Positions 17,885-25,791 of a stretch of DNA of 52,503 bases are shown piece after piece. A program made the position numbers and the translations under genes. This stretch comes from a virus (taxonomy: Duplodnaviria > Caudoviricetes). Below the pieces are notes generated by a model. That model was not told where the DNA came from and searched no databases. It saw nothing but the letters and a program-made list of their open reading frames with translations. Each line of letters starts with the position of its first letter. Position 1 is the first letter of the stretch. Location: IMG/VR virus record IMGVR_UViG_3300033417_000012, positions 1 through 52,503 of that record, one strand, 5' to 3'.

Positions 17885-18550
17885 CTATGCAGTTTCGGCT
17901 GTGGGCTGTGGAGCGAAGTTGTCCTGCCAGCGCTTGCTTTCGGGCTTTGACCACCCTGGCGTTTCCTTTACCCGCCGAACAGGGCGACTCGACATGATGA
18001 ATCGTTCAAGCTCATCCATGTTGTTGTTGGCGAAGACCTTGGTGATGAGGTCCTTCGCCTGTTCCTCGGTTCGGGCGATCACGGTTTCCCAATGACGCAC
18101 ACTGCCTTCCACCTTGTCTTTGTCAACCATCCAGCCTGGGTACTCATTCGGCGGGAAGTCGAGGTAGGTGGAGATCGGCGTGAGGCCGTTGGTCCGGCCG
18201 TCGTTGACGACCTCGGTGGCGATGTCTTCAAGCCTGTTGCACAACTCGATGGGCGTCGGGGTGCTGTTTTCTTCTTTCGGCATGACCCGATACACCACGG
18301 CGGTCGCGTCTTTCCATTCCTGGCGGGTGCTGCTTTCGCTAGGCTCGATGCTCATGCCGTACCAGTGGGTCGCTTCGCTGTCGGTCTGCCACCGAAAGGT
18401 GACAACGGGCCGAAAGTACGGGCTGCTGTTCCAGTGAACCAGCGAAATGTCACGCCAGATCCGAACAAAGCCGATTGTGTAACGGCCCTCATGACGAATC
18501 CAGGTATCGAAGGCGAGCTTGGTCTTGATAGCCATTTTTCCGTTCAACAC
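17885..18550 (-). CDS. Hypothetical early protein
   Basis: Leader motif immediately upstream. Confidence 0.7.
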   Translation of the reverse strand: MLNGKMAIKTKLAFDTWIRHEGRYTIGFVRIWRDISLVHWNSSPYFRPVVTFRWQTDSEATHWYGMSIEPSESSTRQEWKDATAVVYRVMPKEENSTPTPIELCNRLEDIATEVVNDGRTNGLTPISTYLDFPPNEYPGWMVDKDKVEGSVRHWETVIARTEEQAKDLITKVFANNNMDELERFIMSSRPVRRVKETPGWSKPESKRWQDNFAPQPTAETA

Positions 18551-18634
18551 GTTGCACCTCCTGAGTGCGGTTGTTGGGGCTGGATTGCCCCCGCACGCCC
18601 CCTTCCCGATATAGGGAAAGGGGCGCTCCGGCGA

Positions 18635-18880
18635 TCATCCAGCTTTTATCCTAAGTCCGGCGTCCAGTCCTTCGCCAAGCAGGGTATTGATTATTCTGCC
18701 TGACGCTCTCTCAACGATAGCGAAATCGTTCATGCCCCAGGGGACCAGCCGGTATCTCTGTCGAAATACCCGCTGGCCCTTCTGTCCGATACGCCGGTAG
18801 TGTTCCACACCATATCGTTGCAGGGTGGCGATACCCCCCAACCTACCCCGTTCTGCCGGTGTCATCGGTCTGTCGCTCAT
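18635..18880 (-). CDS. KGG-repeat-like basic protein
   Basis: ERGRLGG...RRIGQKG. Confidence 0.55.
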   Translation of the reverse strand: MSDRPMTPAERGRLGGIATLQRYGVEHYRRIGQKGQRVFRQRYRLVPWGMNDFAIVERASGRIINTLLGEGLDAGLRIKAG

Positions 18881-19092
18881 GCAGGCTGCACCTCCCTCGC
18901 AAGGGCTGTGTAGATGCGACCCAAGCGCTTGTGCCCGCACGGGGTTTCGCCGCTGAACCAGTCGTTGTGAAACTGGAGAACGGCGACTGCACCTTCGCGT
19001 TGCGCCTTCGTCATTTGGGAGATGGCGTCCCGAAGCTGCTGTTCTGCTTGCTTGGCGTTATCGTCCCATTCCTGCGCGTTGAACTGTGCCAT
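18877..19092 (-). CDS. Hypothetical early protein
   Basis: MAQFNAQEW after leader motif. Confidence 0.7.
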   Translation of the reverse strand: MAQFNAQEWDDNAKQAEQQLRDAISQMTKAQREGAVAVLQFHNDWFSGETPCGHKRLGRIYTALAREVQPA

Positions 19093-19173
19093 GATGTGCA
19101 CCTCCTGTGTTCTAAGGCCCGGATTGGCCTCCCTCCGCGTTGGAGCACGCGCTCCAACGCGGAAGGCGATCAA

Positions 19174-19395
19174 TCAGAGATTCCAGACATTGGGCGAGTC
19201 CGTGAAAGCGACCAGGAGTTTCAGGTCGCCCACCTCGTTTCCGATAGCCTGGATGGTTCGATTGACAAACGTTTCCTGCGATGGCGTCAGGTCGTACCCC
19301 TTGATGGCGTGTACCTGACGTTGCGCCTGTTCGAGCGTTTGGACTGCAAGCTCGATGCGCCCGACTGCTGCTTGGAATTCCTCTTTCGCTGCCAT
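19174..19395 (-). CDS. Hypothetical early protein
   Basis: MAAKEEF start after upstream stop. Confidence 0.55.
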   Translation of the reverse strand: MAAKEEFQAAVGRIELAVQTLEQAQRQVHAIKGYDLTPSQETFVNRTIQAIGNEVGDLKLLVAFTDSPNVWNL

Positions 19396-19399
19396 GATG

Positions 19400-19648
19400 T
19401 CAGAGTCCAGTCCCGATCCAGGGCCGCTTGGAAGCTGCTGCCCTGATCGCTTTGGTTGTTTCTTCGATGGCGGTGTCGAGGTGGAGGATGACATCCTGGT
19501 ACAGGCTATACAGGTCTTCACGGCTCACGTCGTCGTTCTCGATCAGCCATGTAAGGTCTTCTTCCATGCCTGCGTGTGCAGACTGGAGGTACTGTCGAGC
19601 GGCGACCATCTTTGCGCTGTACTTTGCGAGGTTGGCCTTGACAGTCAT
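19400..19648 (-). CDS. Hypothetical early protein
   Basis: GGGGGTG RBS, MTVKANL. Confidence 0.55.
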   Translation of the reverse strand: MTVKANLAKYSAKMVAARQYLQSAHAGMEEDLTWLIENDDVSREDLYSLYQDVILHLDTAIEETTKAIRAAASKRPWIGTGL

Positions 19649-19652
19649 GGCG

Positions 19653-19934
19653 TCACCCCCGCTTCCAGGGGTTCTTGAACGGCGTGTTGCTTTCGAAGCG
19701 TCGCCTGTCCCTGTCAAACTCGTTCACGTAGTCGCCACGGGCGTTCATCAGGTCTTCCACAGAGCAGCCACCCTGTTTCACGAACGCCATCGCGTCACAG
19801 TCTTCCTCCAGATAGGCGTAGTTCCTATCGTAGAAGCTGTACGCCGTGAAGGTCATGCCCTCAACGGCTTCGATGGGTACGGACAGCCATGCGTGACCAG
19901 GATCCTGGATCCAACGAACGTCTTTTGTTGCCAT
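19653..19934 (-). CDS. Conserved-looking phage early protein (DPGHAW...YLEEDCD)
   Basis: Leader motif upstream; motif typical of phage hypotheticals. Confidence 0.7.
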   Translation of the reverse strand: MATKDVRWIQDPGHAWLSVPIEAVEGMTFTAYSFYDRNYAYLEEDCDAMAFVKQGGCSVEDLMNARGDYVNEFDRDRRRFESNTPFKNPWKRG

Positions 19935-20025
19935 GTTGCACCTCCTGAGTGCGAATGTGATAGGTCTGGATTGACCTACCCATTCAGCCTTGCAAGTACC
20001 CTACCCTGCAAGGCTGAGGGGGCTT

Positions 20026-20358
20026 TCAATCCTGTGCTTGGGCCATGCGAGCGATCACCGGCTGTGCGGTGTCGAGAACCCATGCGATCTCGGCGGCTAC
20101 TTCGTTGAGAACCAGCGATTCGAGGTAACAGGCGACCCGATGCTTGCAGATCACCCCTTCGGCGCTGCGGTACACGCTGTCCGGGCATTCGCAGGTTTCA
20201 ATGGACGCGTTGTACTGCGATCGCCAGCTTTGGTCGTCTTGCATTAGATACCCCAAAGCGGCGCGCAGTCGTTTGTCATCGAGGAAACCCTTGCGCCGTT
20301 CGATATTGAAGTAGCCCATCAAGATCGACAGATGAAGCGGATTGTGCCTGTCGATCAC
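20026..20358 (-). CDS. SWIM-type zinc-finger protein
   Basis: CECPD...CKH. Confidence 0.7.
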   Translation of the reverse strand: MIDRHNPLHLSILMGYFNIERRKGFLDDKRLRAALGYLMQDDQSWRSQYNASIETCECPDSVYRSAEGVICKHRVACYLESLVLNEVAAEIAWVLDTAQPVIARMAQAQD

Positions 20359-20430
20359 GGTGCACCTCCCTGGCGAGGGGATACCCTACCCGAAGGATAC
20401 CCCCTTCGCCCTTCCACCCTGGGTCAGCCG

Positions 20431-20547
20431 GTGGGCTGTGTGACCCTGGGCTGTGCGGCTGTGTACCCTACCCTACCCTACCCGCTGCCTTTTGAGCTTT
20501 CGAGGCGCATAGGCTGTGGGCGGCTGTATTACGGCTGTGCGGCTGTG
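20431..20547. repeat. Second cluster of GGCTGTG and (TACCC)4 repeats
   Basis: Directly visible. Confidence 0.85.
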
Positions 20548-20776
20548 CAAAGATCGCGCGACGCCGCCGAGCGCCGGGCTCGCCCAGCGAGTGGTTAGGC
20601 GGGTGCCGGAGCCATGCGCATAGTCGAAATGCCCAGGGCAAACCTGGGCGCGCGGATAGGGCCGAGTGCAAGGTCATTTAACGACCTTGCACCATGCGCG
20701 ACCGCGTTGGTCGCGCATGGTGCAAGATTCAGGAGCACGCGCGGTCGCGCGTGCTCCTGCTAGTGCACTCCTGATT

Positions 20777-21166
20777 TTACTTGTCGCGTTTTGTCGCTAT
20801 GACCTGATTGCGCAGTACAATCGCGTTCTCAGGATATTCGACTGAATCGAGAGATTCGATAAACTGCGCAATCTCGCTAGCCGCGCGCTTAAATGGTCGC
20901 GTGCGGATTGCAACAACACCCGCGTTTTCGTGCTCCGCGTCGCGCGGTGCGCGCGCTTGCAATTCGCGTGCAAGTTTTGCAAGGGTTGTTTTGTTGGATG
21001 CAAGGTCACAGTAAAAATACTTGCTTGACTCGCGGATTGACTCGCGGATTGCATCCGCGACCTTCGCGCCGATTTTAGTGCTTGCAATCGAATCGAGCAT
21101 AGATTCGACGTGCGGGCGCGTGTTGCTAGCAAAGTACAATCTTAAATACGCTTCGTTCTTAGCCAT
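20777..21166 (-). CDS. Hypothetical basic early protein (start MAKNEAY)
   Basis: UAUGAC-UCAGGAG-GUCAUA leader at 21172-21190. Confidence 0.7.
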   Translation of the reverse strand: MAKNEAYLRLYFASNTRPHVESMLDSIASTKIGAKVADAIRESIRESSKYFYCDLASNKTTLAKLARELQARAPRDAEHENAGVVAIRTRPFKRAASEIAQFIESLDSVEYPENAIVLRNQVIATKRDK

Positions 21167-21256
21167 GATCTTATGACCTCCTGAGTCATACAATCGCGAA
21201 TCCGGATTGACTCGCGTGCTCCGCGTTGCAATCACTTGCAACGCGGAACACGTGAT

Positions 21257-21403
21257 TCAATTTATAGAACAAATAGCATATGGAATGCATCCGCGAATAA
21301 AACCTACAATAAACGACCCGTCTTCAAATAGCATATAACCGGCCGATTGCACAAATATTGCAAGGTCGAAAACGCGGATTATCAGGAGCACGATTAATAA
21401 CAT
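21257..21403 (-). CDS. 48-aa hydrophobic peptide (not in ORF track)
   Basis: MLLIVLLIIRVFDLAIFVQSAGYMLFEDGSFIVGFIRGCIPYAICSIN; starts 2 nt after upstream stop. Confidence 0.55.
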   Translation of the reverse strand: MLLIVLLIIRVFDLAIFVQSAGYMLFEDGSFIVGFIRGCIPYAICSIN

Positions 21404-21405
21404 GG

Positions 21406-21546
21406 TCACATTCCCGCGGCGATTGCGTTAATCGCGTTGGTCGCGATTGCAATCACGTCGAATCCCAAACGCGATGCAATCCATAACGCGCCAGCGAAAA
21501 CGAATAGAACGTAAAAGGTCGAAAACGTTCCAGCGCTGATTCTCAT
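21406..21546 (-). CDS. 46-aa membrane peptide, first gene of early arm (not in ORF track)
   Basis: AGGAGG RBS; MRISAGTFSTFYVLFVFAGALWIASRLGFDVIAIATNAINAIAAGM. Confidence 0.6.
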   Translation of the reverse strand: MRISAGTFSTFYVLFVFAGALWIASRLGFDVIAIATNAINAIAAGM

Positions 21547-21559
21547 CTCAGAAGACCTC

Positions 21560-22051
21560 CTGCAATGTCACGCGTGACGGATTCACGCGTTTTAAAGCTT
21601 GCAAGTGTAAGATGACCTTGCAAGCTTTAAAACGCGTAGAAACGTTTTCAGACGTTTCTACGCGCGTGTTTTCAGAAGGTGCACTCAGGAGATTCGTATT
21701 TCAGCGCGACCGCGCGACCTTGACAGTCTGGCCTACACCACGGAAACCGTTTCTACTCCGCGCGTTCATAGTCTCGCGCATCATGTTTTGATGCACTCCC
21801 AATTTGTGCGCGCGTCCGTCAAACGTACCGCGCCGGTGTAGGATGCTGCTAGGGTTCTATTCGCGTTTCGGAAACTTTCGGAAATGATTGCGACGCGACC
21901 GCGGATTCGTCCTTCAACGCGTGGTCGCGGGATAGTCGCACTATCCTGGTCGCGCCGTTCGCGTGTCTGTCATCTCTGGTCGCACGGTATAGTGATACCC
22001 TTATGGAGAGGGGTCGTTTCCGCGCCTGGTTGTTAAGGTGCTCAATCCAAC
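21560..22051 (-). ncRNA. Long structured 5' leader of early arm
   Basis: No credible ORF; 21-bp perfect stem 21585-21637; stem 21732-21739/21835-21842; boxA-like GCACCTTAACAA near its 5' end. Confidence 0.5.
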
Positions 22052-22054
22052 TTG

Positions 22055-22084
22055 ATAATACACCATTTGTGACGTTTTGTAACA
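22055..22084 (-). promoter_or_regulatory. Putative early promoter (-10 TATTAT) with overlapping imperfect palindrome TGTGAC-N5-GTAACA
   Basis: AT-rich patch at head of leftward arm; -35 is weak. Confidence 0.45.
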
Positions 22085-22447
22085 TACGCTTACATTAAAG
22101 ATTCTGAGCACTCGCGCGCCCACGTTTTGATGCTATGTCATAGCAGGAGCATATATCATGCTATGCGAATCACCTTATGACCTTGCACTCTCATTAATCC
22201 GCGTTCTCTCGATTCGTTTTCGCGCTTTGCTTTGCGCTCCGCGTTCCATGATTCGAATCGTGCGAATCGTTGTGGCGCGCCGCCCCCGCGCCCACGCGCC
22301 TGCTCCGCGTGGAATGCGAATCCGTGGGTTGGGCGCGCCCAGGATGACCATTAATACACTTAAATGATAGGGCCGAATCTCGCGCCGATCATTCCACGAA
22401 TCCGATAATTGCAAGGTCGCGTATTTTAGGATGCAATCATGGCGCGG

Positions 22448-22490
22448 TAGTGATTGCGCATAGTGATTGCGCATAGTGATTGCGCATAGT
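22448..22490. repeat. 13-bp tandem repeat TAGTGATTGCGCA x3, with a partial copy at 22539
   Basis: Directly visible. Confidence 0.9.
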
Positions 22491-22830
22491 CGGGCGCGCC
22501 TGTGCTTGCATGGTAGGGGGGCGCGTGGTCGCGTGGTGTAGTGATTGCGCGCGTGGTGTAGTGCTGGTACGCGCCCGCTCCTGCTATTGCATGATTGCAT
22601 CGCGCGCCTTTGCTTTGCGTTTTGATTCGATTGCCTTCGCCTTTCGATTGCCTGCGCCGACTGGCGGCTGCCTTTTTGGCTCGTTGGCACAGCCGACTGG
22701 CGGCATGGGTTTTCCTCAGGGCGAGCCTTTGTGGCGCGAGCCTTCCCCTCTCCCGAAGTTTTCCAAAAAAATTTTTCTGGGCGAAAATCCGAGAAATGGG
22801 CTAAGATGTGGGGGGAAAGGAGGCAATAGG

Positions 22831-23034
22831 ATGGGCATAAAGCGAAAGACGGCGTACAAGATGGGGATTGATGCGTTGGAAAGGGAGATGGGGAGGATCG
22901 GCGGGGATGGGTATGTGGATGCGCTGTACCCAGGTGCGTTCGTATATGCGGCGAGGATGGGGGAGGAGGTCGAGCGGATGAGGGAGGCGATTCGGATCTT
23001 GGAAAGGGAGATGGACAAAATCGTGGGGGCGTGA
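22831..23034 (+). CDS. Hypothetical protein
   Basis: AAGGAGG RBS, MGIKRK start. Confidence 0.65.
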   Translation: MGIKRKTAYKMGIDALEREMGRIGGDGYVDALYPGAFVYAARMGEEVERMREAIRILEREMDKIVGA

Positions 23035-23056
23035 GAATTGCACAGGAGGTGCGAAG

Positions 23057-23311
23057 GTGGGCGAAACGATCATGCTCGTGCTCGGATTTTTCTTTTTCCT
23101 CGCGGGTGCGTGGTGCTACCTGAGGGCTGAGGGCTTGTACCATTTCGCACGAAGTGTGTTGAGTGAGGAGGAGGCGATTCGTTCGATGCGAGGGGGTCTT
23201 AGCGTGCGTGCGCTGGAAGCGGTGCATAAGCTGAGACAAAGGGAAAACGGGGGTGGGGGGGTTGTGGAAAACCCTGTGGACGGCTTCCTGGGGGTGCGTG
23301 ATGCGCATTGA
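23057..23311 (+). CDS. Membrane-anchored hypothetical protein
   Basis: CAGGAGGTGC RBS; N-terminal TM. Confidence 0.6.
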   Translation: MGETIMLVLGFFFFLAGAWCYLRAEGLYHFARSVLSEEEAIRSMRGGLSVRALEAVHKLRQRENGGGGVVENPVDGFLGVRDAH

Positions 23312-23421
23312 CGAGGACAGGCAAACCGAGGCCGCGGGGTGTGTTGGATTGATCGTGCTTGCGAGCGCGGCGATGCTTGTGTGCGCGCTGTTGTTTGTTT
23401 GCGCGCTCATCGGTTTTTGAA

Positions 23422-24033
23422 ATGGACGATCTTATGTGGGCAAAATTCCCGCACATTGTGACGATTTATTTTCTACTTGCGGTCGCGTTTTATGTGGTGA
23501 GCGGCGACGACCGTTATTCGATTCCGCTGCGCTGGTTCTGCGTGCTTGCGTGTTTGGTCATGCTCACGTTGGGCTTGCTGCAACTGTTCGACTGGATTGG
23601 AAACAGTCGCACCGAGCGCGGTGACGTGCGGAAGCGTACTGCGCTTCTGGATCAGAACACGATGCGGCTGGAGATCATTTCAGCGATGACTCCATCGCAG
23701 CTTGAATTTGCTCGTTGGAATACCGAGGCGATCCAGTGGGAAGTGCTACCCGCAAGCGGTGGTCCGGTCTTCAAGCTCGTTGGCTCGACAATTCCGATGA
23801 GTTTTGTCCGTGAAGTGCTGGCGGACTCGACCGCGACCCACGTTGCACCGCAGCGCAATTATTCAGAAGGCAGCACGGAGCGCGGCTGGTACAACGAGTT
23901 ACTTGGTCTGATGTGCGACCGATGGGGCATGGCGAAGCGCACAACGGGTGGTCCGAAGTCCGCGACCTGGACCGTCGATTACAACCGCGTTCTGTGGCGT
24001 TTCGGAATGCTGGATGAGGAGGCCTTGTCATGA
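23422..24033 (+). CDS. Membrane protein (2 TM) with soluble C-terminal domain
   Basis: Hydrophobic N-terminus; coupled to next gene. Confidence 0.65.
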   Translation: MDDLMWAKFPHIVTIYFLLAVAFYVVSGDDRYSIPLRWFCVLACLVMLTLGLLQLFDWIGNSRTERGDVRKRTALLDQNTMRLEIISAMTPSQLEFARWNTEAIQWEVLPASGGPVFKLVGSTIPMSFVREVLADSTATHVAPQRNYSEGSTERGWYNELLGLMCDRWGMAKRTTGGPKSATWTVDYNRVLWRFGMLDEEALS

Positions 24034-24239
24034 ACGAAATGACAGCGGCCAGGGTTTTGTTGGCAACGAAAGCAAGCGACCCGCGCTTTGCGGTGGCGCT
24101 CAAGGTCCTTGGACCACAATCGCTCCTGCGCGTGAAGAATGCGCTCTCGAACAAACCTGGAACGCGCAGGGAGCGCCGGAAGATCGAGCAGCGTTTCGCT
24201 CGTCTTGAGCGCAAGGACCGAAGGAAGAACAAGACATGA
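24030..24239 (+). CDS. Small basic protein
   Basis: ATGA coupling on both sides. Confidence 0.6.
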   Translation: MNEMTAARVLLATKASDPRFAVALKVLGPQSLLRVKNALSNKPGTRRERRKIEQRFARLERKDRRKNKT

Positions 24240-24934
24240 GCAAGCTGAAAGCCGCGGAGGTTCAGGGTGGGGATCGCTTGAGCATCCTTTACGTCCGCGT
24301 CAGGGACGCTCGCCGGTGGGATCGTAACCCCAAGCTGCACGATATGGAGGCGATCAAGGACTCGATCCGCCGGTACGGTTTTCGGGACGCTCCGATTTGG
24401 GATGACACGCTCGACGCGTTGCCGGCCGGCAACGGTCGCACGCACGCGCTCTATGAAATGGAGGCCGCGGGAGAGGAGCCGCCTCTCGGTGTGTTGCTGG
24501 AGGAGGGTACAGGGTTCTGGTGTATGCCTTTGCAGGTTGGGATTAATGCGCGCTCGAAGCTGGAAGCGGAAGCATTCGGGGTCGATCACAACAACCTGAC
24601 CACGGGGGGTTCCGGCCTGACTGCGCTGGAAGTAAGTTTCCTGTGGAGCGACGACTATCCAGCGTTGCTCGCAGAGTTGAAGGGTCAAGGCGACCTCCCT
24701 GTCTCGATAGACGACGACGACATGGACGCGATCAGCAAGGCAAGAAAAGCCCCAAGCCTTCAAGAGATCGAGGAGAGTCTTGAGGGGGAAGACGTGGAAG
24801 ATCAGGACTTTTGGCCCACGATCCACGTCAAGGTGCGACCTGAGATTTTTCGCAGGTATCAGACCGTCATGCAGGAATTGGAAGGTCGCACGGAGGGAGA
24901 GCGCTTTGCAAGGCTACTGGAGGTCTTCGAGTGA
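24236..24934 (+). CDS. ParB/Srx N-terminal-domain protein
   Basis: RNPKLHD...SIRRYGF..PI...AGNGR..A. Confidence 0.8.
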   Translation: MSKLKAAEVQGGDRLSILYVRVRDARRWDRNPKLHDMEAIKDSIRRYGFRDAPIWDDTLDALPAGNGRTHALYEMEAAGEEPPLGVLLEEGTGFWCMPLQVGINARSKLEAEAFGVDHNNLTTGGSGLTALEVSFLWSDDYPALLAELKGQGDLPVSIDDDDMDAISKARKAPSLQEIEESLEGEDVEDQDFWPTIHVKVRPEIFRRYQTVMQELEGRTEGERFARLLEVFE

Positions 24935-25791
24935 CGCATGAATACCTCAGGGACATCAAGCCACGGATCCTTTGCTCCTATCACTACTTTCGAGGGGAAA
25001 AGCTGCGATCCGACCTTAGCCGCTATTTCGGTCAATTGGACGTGGACGTTTTCGCGGACAGCGGAGCGTTTTCCGTATTTGCATCGGGAGCCACAATCCT
25101 TGTCGATGAATACGTCTTCTGGCTCAAGGAGAACGCGGACCTGATCGAGGTCTATGCGAACCTGGACGTTCACGGCGAGTCTGAGACTACGCTGCACAAC
25201 CAGGAGCGCATGGAAGCGCTCGGCCTATCCCCCATTCCGGTTTATCACGCGGAACTGCCTTTGAGCGTTTTCGAGAGTTACGCGGAGCGCTACCCGTATG
25301 TGGGTGTCGGGGGCGTGGCGGGGATGAAGACGGGGGCCAGACCGTTAATGAATATGTTGTTGCAGATTTTTAAGATTGCGCAGAAACACGGAACCGGACT
25401 GCATGGTTTCGGCCTGACGTCCAGGCACGTTCTCGAAAACTTTCCGTGGAAATCGGTTGACAGTTCGAGTTGGAGCGCATCTTTTCGGTTTGGTCATGTT
25501 CCCGTTTTCCATCCACGAAGGGGGATTTTCTACGACGTTCACATCGGGAACGCCAGATCCTGTTATCGAATGAAAGAGGTGATCGAAGGTTACGGTTTTC
25601 GAGTGGAGGAGTTTGCGGACAGGGAGAAGAACGACCGCAAGCGCACAGCCACGCTTGCATCGCTTTCGTGGTGGGTTGCTGAAGGACACTACCGAAAACG
25701 GCATGGAAGCGACCTAAAGATCTACTTGAGCAACGCGAATCGAGCAGACGATTGGATTTTAATGCCTGAAGTTTTCGGAGAAGCGGCATGA
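24931..25791 (+). CDS. dpdA: DpdA/TGT-like 7-deazaguanine DNA transglycosylase
   Basis: DSGAFS, NLDV, PVYH, VGVGG, LHGFG, SVDSSSW TIM-barrel motifs; next to queC. Confidence 0.7.
   Translation: MTHEYLRDIKPRILCSYHYFRGEKLRSDLSRYFGQLDVDVFADSGAFSVFASGATILVDEYVFWLKENADLIEVYANLDVHGESETTLHNQERMEALGLSPIPVYHAELPLSVFESYAERYPYVGVGGVAGMKTGARPLMNMLLQIFKIAQKHGTGLHGFGLTSRHVLENFPWKSVDSSSWSASFRFGHVPVFHPRRGIFYDVHIGNARSCYRMKEVIEGYGFRVEEFADREKNDRKRTATLASLSWWVAEGHYRKRHGSDLKIYLSNANRADDWILMPEVFGEAA

Noticed and set aside
16263-21637. Integron cassette array (attC sites)
   Set aside because: Hairpins lack consistent RYYYAAC/GTTRRRY ends and no integron integrase is present.
22448-22550. 13-bp repeats as a mini-CRISPR
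   Set aside because: Too short, tandem, no spacers, no cas genes.
22175-23410. 411-aa minus-strand ORF
   Set aside because: Pro/Ser/Arg-rich shadow of purine-rich plus-strand genes that have good RBSs; runs through repeat DNA.
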